From assembly GCA_005222975.1 (NCBI GenBank), contig NJBI01000009.1, forward strand, positions 1 through 64,000: a stretch of DNA of 64,000 nt, read 5' to 3'. The notes beneath the pieces are model-generated. The model was not told the origin of the DNA, did not search any database, and saw only the letters and a program-made list of their open reading frames with translations. The position numbers were made by a program, and so were the translations under genes. Source of the stretch: Promethearchaeota archaeon Loki_b31 (lineage in GTDB: Archaea; Asgardarchaeota; Lokiarchaeia; Sigyniarchaeales; SOKP01). This document shows, in pieces, positions 1 through 8,676 of this stretch (its first letter is position 1; each line of letters begins with the position of its first letter).

Positions 1-81
1 CGATCGCCTTCTCAAGACGGTTACCACGATTTCTCAATGAGCCATCTCTCATCCCTCGAGCATATCGAACCTCGAAAGTAA
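1..81 (+). CDS. 3' end of a CDS entering the window (RSPSQDGYHDFSMSHLSSLEHIEPRK*)
   Basis: Frame 1 is open from base 1 to TAA at 79-81; GC-richer than the following intergenic DNA. Confidence 0.5.
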   Translation, partial: RSPSQDGYHDFSMSHLSSLEHIEPRK

Positions 82-100
82 TGCTGAAAACATCTAAAAA

Positions 101-447
101 TCAAGTTTTTACTTTTAAAACCTTTTTGCCGTTAGAATTAACTAATTCCAACGTTTCTACCTCGTTAAAATTAGATTTGAAATAACTTTTTGTTGTTTCT
201 GAACCCAACAATGACGGACTATGTACTTTCATGAGTTTCTTGATGAAAAAATACTTATCTATATAAGAACCTATTGCCCAAATAACAAGTATTCGTGATG
301 TCCTATTTTGAACTTGAAGACACCACTTATCTTTACATATAGGTGAACAAAATCGATGTCTTTTAGTTCTTTGTGCGATATTCACATGCTCTATTTTTTT
401 TTTTCAGAGTCCTTGAATGATTCACCACAGTACTTACATATCATCAT
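101..447 (-). pseudogene. TRASH/YHS-like Zn-binding protein split by a frameshift in an A11 run
   Basis: ATG at 447 gives MMICKYCGESFKDSEKKK*; one extra A in the run at 394-404 joins it to IEHVNIAQRTKRHRFCSPICKDKW, completing CxxC...FCSxxC. Confidence 0.6.
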
Positions 448-600
448 GATACGAAGAAAATCCGTTATTGAGAATATTTTCGTTTTAATTACTTAATAAA
501 ATTGCAATATTTAAAAGAAAAAACACCATATACCATTCTATAAATAGTTTTAATTTCTTATAATATACTTTTAAGAGAGAAAGCATTAAATTTCTTCAAG

Positions 601-1350
601 ATGAAAGAAATTGATAAGATACAATATCTAAATGTTTCAGAGATAAGTGAGATATTTCATCAAAAAATTACCGAAAATGAAATTGAGAAGTATTTTGAAG
701 CTGGTAAAATAAACGGAATAAAAATCGAAAATGAATGGCACACAAATCAAGAAGCGATTGATTATTTTGTTAAAAATGTTATACTTAAGGAAAGAACGTA
801 TAATGTTGGACTTCACACAATTGACTTATCAACTATCAAACTAACAGGAAGGATTTTAGATATTGGAGGAGGAGGACAGGCTATAATTGGTCAATTTAAA
901 GGAGAACAAGTAGTAGCAATAGATCCAAATAGAAATGAGCTTGAAGAGGCTCCAGACAGCAAAGAATTAAAAGTGATAATGGATGCAAAAGAATTAAAAT
1001 TTTTAGATAATACTTTTAATACGGTTACCGCCTTTTTCACATTCATGTATATTCCAGTGGAAGATCATAAAATAATTTTCGAGGAAATTCATAGGGTTTT
1101 AAAAAACGGTGGAGATTTTGTGATTTGGGATGCGATCATGCCGGTTAAAGGTAATGATAAAAGGGATATATTTTATATTGAACTCAGAGTTAAAATATTT
1201 GATAGAATAGAAGAGACGGGTTATGGTGTTTCATGGGATAAAGAGATTAATGTAGATACTTTTACCAACTTGGCTAAAAATATTGGCTTTGAAACTTTAG
1301 AAAGAAAAGTAGATAAGGATACAATTTTTATCAGATTTAGAAAAAATTAA
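601..1350 (+). CDS. Class I SAM-dependent methyltransferase with N-terminal excisionase/MerR-like HTH
   Basis: ILDIGGGG motif I, FLDNTFNTV, EIHRVLKNGG; N-terminal YLNVSEISE...GKINGIKIENEW. Confidence 0.8.
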   Translation: MKEIDKIQYLNVSEISEIFHQKITENEIEKYFEAGKINGIKIENEWHTNQEAIDYFVKNVILKERTYNVGLHTIDLSTIKLTGRILDIGGGGQAIIGQFKGEQVVAIDPNRNELEEAPDSKELKVIMDAKELKFLDNTFNTVTAFFTFMYIPVEDHKIIFEEIHRVLKNGGDFVIWDAIMPVKGNDKRDIFYIELRVKIFDRIEETGYGVSWDKEINVDTFTNLAKNIGFETLERKVDKDTIFIRFRKN

Positions 1351-1451
1351 GTAAGAATTTATCAAAAAAAAAAGCTGAATAGAGATTCTGTCTCATTTCT
1401 AATAAATAGTTAAAGTTCTTTTCATCTTTGATTTGAATGAAATTAAAAAAT

Positions 1452-1712
1452 TCAATCTAATACTCTTACAAATTCATAATCAACGGTAATTGTACTCTTT
1501 GTTTCAATTATTTCTCCAAGTATCAACACTTTTTTATCAATAAATTTGTGTAATATAGGGTCGTTCTCCCATAAGTGGGTTTTTTTCCTCACGAGAATTT
1601 CCGACCATCTATTTGCATAATCATCCAGCGGTTTAATAAAATATTTAGGTCCTTCAGATAATGTTCCGACCCCTGCGGTTTTAGCATAAAGAATTCCCGT
1701 AATTTCATCCAT
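1452..1712 (-). CDS. Hypothetical protein, 86 aa
   Basis: Clean ORF with upstream AGGTG; no recognised family. Confidence 0.65.
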   Translation of the reverse strand: MDEITGILYAKTAGVGTLSEGPKYFIKPLDDYANRWSEILVRKKTHLWENDPILHKFIDKKVLILGEIIETKSTITVDYEFVRVLD

Positions 1713-1851
1713 CTAATCAAAACACCTAAATGAGAAATATAGCAATTATAATGAAAATAAATTGGCGCTTAATAAATTTATACTCTTCATAGAATTCAAT
1801 TAATTCAGATTAGTATGAGTTATTAAAAAAAAAATGAATTTTTTAAATTTT

Positions 1852-2250
1852 TTAAACTTTAGGAGGATTTTTCTCTGCCCACAATGGATATTTCTTAGAA
1901 CAAACTTCATAGTTTTCGTACAATCTAGGCATATTTATTTCTTTTCGCATACCATAAACAATAGGTTCTACTTTTTCCCAAAGCATAGAACCATATAAAT
2001 CAAAGACTAGATCCTCACTAAGAAGTTCCTTGTTAACAAGCACGCCTATAAGTTCCCCATTTCTAGCAAATCTCATGAAGTTTTTATATCCTTCACTTCC
2101 CATTGGATACTTGGTTTTGAAATCATCATAGTTCTTTTCATGAAAATCTGCCCAGATCCAGTTAAAAGCTTTATTATTTTCTTCATCCGCAGCCATTACC
2201 GCCATTAATTGGAGTAATAATGCTGCATCTTCTTTTGTTGGTTTCGACAT
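1852..2250 (-). CDS. DUF4760-like hypothetical protein
   Basis: KPTKEDAALLLQL start; ELIGVLV...W...R...LYENYE pattern. Confidence 0.6.
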   Translation of the reverse strand: MSKPTKEDAALLLQLMAVMAADEENNKAFNWIWADFHEKNYDDFKTKYPMGSEGYKNFMRFARNGELIGVLVNKELLSEDLVFDLYGSMLWEKVEPIVYGMRKEINMPRLYENYEVCSKKYPLWAEKNPPKV

Positions 2251-3144
2251 TTTTGTATCCCCTTTATTGATGATAACTTATTATTTAAATTTTTCTTTAA
2301 ATATCCTCTCACATTTTAAGAATAAAATATTTTAAGATAAACTAAAATAACAGGAAAAAGTGGTGATATGATATTTATAATCCTAAATTAGCACACATTA
2401 TAGGTACAACTTCTGAAGAACATAACACAGAAGGCACTATAAGCACAATAGACGATTATATTTTGGACGGGTGTTCTAGCCCAGATAATTGGGATTCGAT
2501 GGTGCGAAAGTTTAAGCGAAAATAGAACGCTGCAAATAAGAAATAGAGGTAAATAAAATGAAAAAAATACGAAATCTTGAATGGCAAGATTATCGGCACC
2601 CGGAATTTCTCCAATCTTTAAATGTAAGCGTGAACGAGGTAAAATTCATTAGGTTGTTTTTAAAGCGCGGAAGTGTAGCAATCATAAACGAAATGTTAAG
2701 AGAACGTAAAGGTAAACAAAATTCATCTCATAAAGAAGATTTCTCAAATCGATTTCACCAACTCAAAAAAATAAAAGCTTAAATCATAAAATTATTTTTG
2801 AGTTCTTTTTGAACAACGATTTGTTGGTGAACAGGGTTTACAAATAAAGAGTTTTTAAAAGAACTTTCTATGTTCATTGATCAAGGTTTTCCTTAGAGAA
2901 AGGAAGAATCGTAATTGAACACATAATTTTAAATTGGTTTGAATCTCAATTTTATATTAAGTAAAATTAAATTAAGATTCATAAATATTAATCAATTTAC
3001 TTTGAAAATTGAAATCAGAGTACAATTCTTTGAATAGAGAGAAATAAAGAAGTTTTAACCAGAATATTAAAGCAAACGGATGAGAAAAGAAAAGTAAAAC
3101 GAAGTACATTGATAATAAAATTAAATTGCTAGAAGAAGGGTTGA

Positions 3145-3480
3145 ATGCAAGTGAAAAAAAATAAGATGGTAGAGATTAAAGAGATCGAACATGTAATTAG
3201 GGAAGAAATACATAAACTTCGTAATTTAGGAGAACATGCACGAGAAGGAAGCGATCATCTTTATTATAGATCTATTAGTAAATTCAAGTTGGGGAAACTA
3301 AAGAAAACAAAATCTCAAGAAAGATTTTCTTTTGAAGTTATTTGTACATATGATATTTATACTGAAACTGAATTCTTGCATTCTCCAGATATGGACGAAC
3401 TCTATACGGAACATTACAAGGATAAATTTATTATTGATAGAGATTTCAGAATCGTAGAAGTTAATGATATAAATATCTAG
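3145..3480 (+). CDS. Hypothetical protein
   Basis: 111-aa ORF with protein-like composition. Confidence 0.6.
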   Translation: MQVKKNKMVEIKEIEHVIREEIHKLRNLGEHAREGSDHLYYRSISKFKLGKLKKTKSQERFSFEVICTYDIYTETEFLHSPDMDELYTEHYKDKFIIDRDFRIVEVNDINI

Positions 3481-3519
3481 ACGGGATATCTTATTCTGAG
3501 AGATGATAAAAAAAAAAAA

Positions 3520-4695
3520 CTATTTTCTTAAGAGTCGCTTTTGAACTACATAATGCGTTCTTGTTGGGGTCCCGTGCGGAAAGATTGTCTTTATCGCTCG
3601 GTCGTTATTAGCCCAGATTGTAGTTCCTTCGTAGTAGTTAAATCCATAGGAGCTGGACGACAGAAACATTCCGATATTGTGAAGCGCGGAGAAGATTCCC
3701 TTTCCAGCGTATTCTTTTTTTATCATAACCGTGTCTACATTTAAGTGGGTTAACGGTTCTCCGTTCCACAGCTGAAACAAGTTCGGTTGGCACATAATAA
3801 CGCCTACCAGCTCGTTAGTGTTTCGGTCGAAACCGAAGATGGCCATAGGAACGATTTTTTTGAGGTCGCAAGATTTCCAAGTTTCTCGGAATCCAGGCAT
3901 ACCGGCGTAATCTTGGGGAAATTCTTCGCTAACTAATTTTAGTACTTTGCACGCTTGAGCGTACCCGTCCATCATTTCTTCAAATCGAGCTCTACCACCT
4001 GGCGCATCCGCAAGTACGGCGTATAGAGATTGAGATGCTAAACCCATTATTTGTTCCTTTAAATCCCTTATTTCGTCGAGGGGCAAAAACCTGACTGCTA
4101 TGTTTTCGTCTAGATTTTTACCTTTGTCCCACTTTTTTAAGAAAGTGTCAAGGCACGAGTACTTCGAGTCTTTTTTGTAGCCTAATTGTTGCAAGTACTC
4201 CAGAACTTTTGACTCGGGATCGCCGAACGTTACGCCGCTCATCATGGGAGCTTCAAACCCTTCGGTCTGAAAACCGATCCCGCCGACAAATTTCGGGTAA
4301 TTGATTGGACCACGGAGCTTTTTCTTTTTGTTTTCGCGAACGAAATTTTCACACTCATTCATGAGCTTTTTACAAGAAAGAAAATTTTTGGCATGAAGCC
4401 AGCCAAAAGTCGGGCATGACATTCCGTAACTTTTGTAATCACCGTCTATTTGACAAATTACGAATCCCGTTAAGATTCCGTCCTGAGTAGCGTAAGAAAA
4501 TCTAATTTTATAGTCTGGTTCCGAAAATTTCTCTGTAAAATAATCTACAAGTTCTAAAACAATCACGAGTTTTAGCCTTTCATCAGGAACGTATAAAAGC
4601 TCAGTTAAAACAAATTGAATTTCCGAAATATTTCGAGTTGAAGCGACAGTAAGCTCCTTTTTTTTAAAAATTGGTTTTTCTAAACTAATTTCCAC
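3520..4695 (-). CDS. Tandem GNAT-fold acyltransferase (YghO-like)
   Basis: FGWL...KKLRGPIN...GF N-domain; C-terminal MIKKEYAGKGIF acyl-CoA motif and TIWANN. Confidence 0.7.
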   Translation of the reverse strand: MEISLEKPIFKKKELTVASTRNISEIQFVLTELLYVPDERLKLVIVLELVDYFTEKFSEPDYKIRFSYATQDGILTGFVICQIDGDYKSYGMSCPTFGWLHAKNFLSCKKLMNECENFVRENKKKKLRGPINYPKFVGGIGFQTEGFEAPMMSGVTFGDPESKVLEYLQQLGYKKDSKYSCLDTFLKKWDKGKNLDENIAVRFLPLDEIRDLKEQIMGLASQSLYAVLADAPGGRARFEEMMDGYAQACKVLKLVSEEFPQDYAGMPGFRETWKSCDLKKIVPMAIFGFDRNTNELVGVIMCQPNLFQLWNGEPLTHLNVDTVMIKKEYAGKGIFSALHNIGMFLSSSSYGFNYYEGTTIWANNDRAIKTIFPHGTPTRTHYVVQKRLLRK

Positions 4696-4791
4696 TCTTT
4701 AATCAACTTTTTATATTTCTATAATAATTTAAGATAATATCCTTCAAAGAAGAATATATTTAAAGAAAAAAATCTAAATTCAAAAAAAAAA

Positions 4792-5370
4792 CTAGTAAAA
4801 TCCAAAGATTAGAGCTGCAAAACTACTTAAAGTTAATGCTATAGTTAAAGCAATTATTAATTTATATCTGTATACTTTCTTCTGTTTGGCGATTAATTCT
4901 TCTCGTTTTATTCTTTCCTCCATGTTATCTTTAAATAAAAATCGCCGTGAAGCCTTAGTTCTTCCTGCAAAAGCTAACATTGCACCCACTTTTTTATCTC
5001 TAAGAGTAGAAACAGCAGAAAACTTAAACGAAATTATAAGATAAATCCCTGAAGGGAAAAGAAGTAAAGTGTAACCTAATCGACGTCCTGTTAGTATATA
5101 AGAAAGCCTATAAGAGAACAAAATAAGTGCTATAAATGTAAAGAAAAAATTATTAAAAGCAAATGCTCTAATTAGATAGATATTAAATGGGTTCCGAGAT
5201 ATCCACAAAAATAAAACTACAAACGCGATAAGAACAACTATAATGATAAATATTAAAGAAACTATCAAATTGCTTAAAATAAGGATAGCAGTTAAGACCA
5301 TACATAGTGTGTTAAGGAATGTAAAAACTATATCTAGAATTTCATATTTGTTTCTTGGTAAATCATTCAT
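4792..5370 (-). CDS. Integral membrane protein (about 5 TM)
   Basis: Multiple hydrophobic helices; AT-rich relative to neighbours. Confidence 0.7.
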   Translation of the reverse strand: MNDLPRNKYEILDIVFTFLNTLCMVLTAILILSNLIVSLIFIIIVVLIAFVVLFLWISRNPFNIYLIRAFAFNNFFFTFIALILFSYRLSYILTGRRLGYTLLLFPSGIYLIISFKFSAVSTLRDKKVGAMLAFAGRTKASRRFLFKDNMEERIKREELIAKQKKVYRYKLIIALTIALTLSSFAALIFGFY

Positions 5371-5414
5371 ATATTTCCACTATAAAATTCGATATATAAA
5401 TGTTGTTGATTAAG

Positions 5415-6650
5415 TTAAATGTTAATTTGTAGATTTAATATGTTTACTAAATCTTGACCTACTGGAAGAAGGTCAGCTTGTGGAACCTCTCCCTCGAAAT
5501 AATTAAATACTACATAATCTTCGAACTTATTTTCGGTTTTGTTGTAGTTCCAGCAGGGCACGTATCCTCTCGCCCGAAACCCGAATTCGTAAAATAATTG
5601 CTGATCTTCCGGACGAAATGCTGAAATAAACGCTTCGCAATATCGTATTTTGTTAATTTTCATACTCTTTAGGAATTCTTCGAGATATACATACAATTCT
5701 TCTAAAGATTCAACACGATACTTAGTTTTCTCGAAGTTTTGAATTTGAGATGTATGTAAAAAAGTAAAGTAAGATTTTGTGCCCCTAATAAAAAATTGGT
5801 TGTACCCGTACCCGTACTTGTCGGTAATTAAATCCTTTCTGAAAGCTTTTTGTAGCTCGAAAATTTTGTTGTAGTCCAAGTCGAGGTCGGGGGAGGCCAA
5901 CTGAAAGTTCCCAAGTTTGTAAAGTTTGTCGCAGTGCAAAAAACTGTCCAAAGCGTTTTCGATCAATACCGGCGTTTTTCGTTCCCTGTACTTTTTAAGA
6001 GTTTTTTCGTGATAAATTACTCCCATAACATCTGACTCAATTCGGTTGTAGAATACATCTTTATTGGGAAAGAAAGCAACCGTATTTATCCCGCACACGG
6101 AAGTAATGTACTGAGATGCTGCGTGAGCGGTTCTGTTTTCGCAATACCACATCAAAATCTCCTTCTGATAAGTTTTCCACATCCAAGCATACGAACCAAT
6201 TATGGATTTCGTTACGTCTAAGATTCGTTGGTATTTCTTTTTTATCATAAAACCGCCAGAATATCCTTTTTTGTGCTCGAAATCTAATGAACATCGAAAA
6301 CAACCGGCGACCTCTCCGTTTATTTCGAATAAAATAAAGTGGTTGTCGGGACTCTCGATCATCTTCTTAACCATGCGCTCGTCTTCGATCTCTTTATAGG
6401 GATATGTACCATTGTACACCTCTTTACAAATACTTGCGATAATTTTAGCATCTTTAGGCTTAGCAAGTACTAAAGTGGGGCTTATTTTATCGCTTCCCAT
6501 TTTAGTGTCGATTAAAAAGTCAAGATCCATGCCTTTCTCTAAGTCTAAGTCCAATACATCTTCAAAAATTTCTAGAAATTCGTCAATTGAGTTTGGACCA
6601 AGTTTTTTGTATGGTATAATGGGATATTGAATTATTTCTTGGGTTATCAT
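5415..6650 (-). CDS. Multi-domain GNAT-like protein
   Basis: AKPKDAKIIASICKEVYNGTYPY, MIKKKYQR, ENRTAHAASQ, FGFRARGYVP patterns. Confidence 0.65.
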   Translation of the reverse strand: MITQEIIQYPIIPYKKLGPNSIDEFLEIFEDVLDLDLEKGMDLDFLIDTKMGSDKISPTLVLAKPKDAKIIASICKEVYNGTYPYKEIEDERMVKKMIESPDNHFILFEINGEVAGCFRCSLDFEHKKGYSGGFMIKKKYQRILDVTKSIIGSYAWMWKTYQKEILMWYCENRTAHAASQYITSVCGINTVAFFPNKDVFYNRIESDVMGVIYHEKTLKKYRERKTPVLIENALDSFLHCDKLYKLGNFQLASPDLDLDYNKIFELQKAFRKDLITDKYGYGYNQFFIRGTKSYFTFLHTSQIQNFEKTKYRVESLEELYVYLEEFLKSMKINKIRYCEAFISAFRPEDQQLFYEFGFRARGYVPCWNYNKTENKFEDYVVFNYFEGEVPQADLLPVGQDLVNILNLQINI

Positions 6651-6784
6651 TTTTTTTGCGCTATAACTACTTTCTATTAGTTGTATTCAACTAAAAGCGA
6701 GTCTATATAAATAAAAATTTGAAATAGATTTCTTTTTGTGAATTTTTCTTAAATTTTCTTTTAAATAGCTTCGGTAGTTAAGCT

Positions 6785-7675
6785 ATGAAAACACACAAAA
6801 ATGGTTTATTAAAGATGTTTGTCAATCAAAAATTAGATGATTGGTCAAATTCTTATTGGGAGCGCGTTACTCGGAACATTGGCCCCATAACTTATCAAGA
6901 GCAAGAAACGATTAGGACCTCGAGAGTTGCAGTTCTCGGAGTGGGCGGGTTAGGAGGTCCTTTAGCAGAAAACTTGGTTAGAGCTGGCTGCCAAAACTTA
7001 GTAATTTGCGATCACGATGTTTTCGACGAGTCCAACTTGAACCGGCAAATCTGTACCATTGATGATGTTGGTAAAAGAAAAATCGATGTTATGGAAACTT
7101 TCTTGCGAAAGATCGATCCTGAAGTTAATATTAAAAAATATTTTAAAATTATTGAGAGAAACATAGATTCAGTTCTCGAGGATGTGAAAGTTGTAGCCCT
7201 CACTTTAGACGACCCCGCTACCTCAATATTTATCGCTAGAGAGTGTCGAAAAAGAAATATTCCCATGATCGAGTCGTGGGGCGTTCCTTTTTTGTTCACT
7301 TGGTGGTTCACTCATGACAGCGTAGACTACGAAAATTGCTACGGTTTAGACACGTACCATTACAGTTATTCTGAGCTTAGAAACCCGAAAAAAGAAGTAA
7401 ATCTAGCCGTCTACCAAGCCTTATTACCGAAAGTTTTTCGAATGCCAGGAGTCAGAGAAAAGTACGACCGAGAACCGGGAGCTTTCGAAGAGATGATGTC
7501 TGGAAACATCGGAGCTCGTTCTTTTACCCCGTTTGTAAGGATTACTTCTGATTTTCTTTCTGTGGATGTGATTTTTTCCGGCATACTTAAAGTAAAACCT
7601 ATGAATTTAGCCCCCAACCTAAAAGGGTTCGATTATATACAAATGAAAGTTTGCGAAACGATTTTAACGCATTAA
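6785..7675 (+). CDS. ThiF/MoeB/HesA (E1-like) adenylyltransferase
   Basis: RNIGPITYQEQ, VLGVGGLGG, DHDVFDESNLNRQ, VGKRK; lacks the C-terminal CxxC Zn sites. Confidence 0.85.
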   Translation: MKTHKNGLLKMFVNQKLDDWSNSYWERVTRNIGPITYQEQETIRTSRVAVLGVGGLGGPLAENLVRAGCQNLVICDHDVFDESNLNRQICTIDDVGKRKIDVMETFLRKIDPEVNIKKYFKIIERNIDSVLEDVKVVALTLDDPATSIFIARECRKRNIPMIESWGVPFLFTWWFTHDSVDYENCYGLDTYHYSYSELRNPKKEVNLAVYQALLPKVFRMPGVREKYDREPGAFEEMMSGNIGARSFTPFVRITSDFLSVDVIFSGILKVKPMNLAPNLKGFDYIQMKVCETILTH

Positions 7676-7758
7676 ATTTCTATATTTATTTTTAAAAAAA
7701 AAAGCAAATCCTTGAAAGTTAATTCCATAAAATAAAGGTAAATAAAAGAATTTTAAAT

Positions 7759-8676
7759 TCATTTATTAAAGTTGTTAAAAAGCGAGCCTAAACTCCTCTC
7801 TACTTTTTCGAGGAATTTAGGATTGCGTTCCAATCTACTCGAAAAATATTGGTGTAAATTCTTGTAAAACAACTTCTCGTTTCCAACTAAAAGTTGAGCG
7901 TCTAAATTGCTCGTTATTAGGTAAATAAATAGCCGAACAAAAGCGTTATGAGCTATTTCCATATCAGATGGAGTTAAATCGTAATTGTCGTGTTCAGCGT
8001 TGTTTCGGATTGTTATATACTTAATTAATTCTGTGGTTACCTCCTCAGGAAAGTTTAATTTCGCTATTTTTTCAGCCATAATCTCATGTTCTACTTTAGC
8101 GTTTTTGGTATTTTTGGGTTTTTTACCATCGTCTCCAAACTTCTGGCGGTAGAGTGTTTGCAACTTGTTGTATAGTTTTACATAGAACTTATAGTTGTTG
8201 TACCCGCACATATCGAACCATTCATCGATTTTAACAGCTAAAAAGACCCGTTTTATTTCGTTCTTTATTGTGTCTTCCAAACCTAGACTTTCAGTCTCAG
8301 TAGAAGGTATTTTCTTTACTTTTGACACAAGAGTGCTAATCCTTTTTGCTATTACTTCCAACAACTCGTTTCTTTCTGCCATCTCTTGCCGTAATTGGTC
8401 GTTTGCTAAATCACACTGATTTAAGTTAGTAAAATTATTATCAACCGGAGCTTGATCGTTATTTCGCGCACGATCGAGGCAAAAGATTAAGAAGTTCGAT
8501 ATATCTTTTACCATACGACCTCGACTGCGGAGTAGGTTTTGTTTTAGTTGTTTAGGTGTGATTGCTCTCTCGCTAAAGTTTCTGATGGCGATTTTGAGCT
8601 CATCTAACTCTCCCTCGTCAAAAATTATTTTTTCTATCACTTCTTCGAACTCCTCAACTTCTTGCGTTGTTGCCAT
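7759..8676 (-). CDS. Coiled-coil protein with a C-terminal HEPN-like domain
   Basis: IRNNAEH matches RxxxxH at ~7990-8007; start overlaps the upstream stop (TAATG). Confidence 0.55.
   Translation of the reverse strand: MATTQEVEEFEEVIEKIIFDEGELDELKIAIRNFSERAITPKQLKQNLLRSRGRMVKDISNFLIFCLDRARNNDQAPVDNNFTNLNQCDLANDQLRQEMAERNELLEVIAKRISTLVSKVKKIPSTETESLGLEDTIKNEIKRVFLAVKIDEWFDMCGYNNYKFYVKLYNKLQTLYRQKFGDDGKKPKNTKNAKVEHEIMAEKIAKLNFPEEVTTELIKYITIRNNAEHDNYDLTPSDMEIAHNAFVRLFIYLITSNLDAQLLVGNEKLFYKNLHQYFSSRLERNPKFLEKVERSLGSLFNNFNK

Noticed and set aside
2367-2525. Open stretch YDIYNPKLAHIIG...RKFKRK with an out-of-frame ATG at 2368
   Set aside because: Possibly a frameshifted small gene, but no recognisable family
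2558-2782. 74-aa ORF
   Set aside because: No motif; lies in an apparently decayed region
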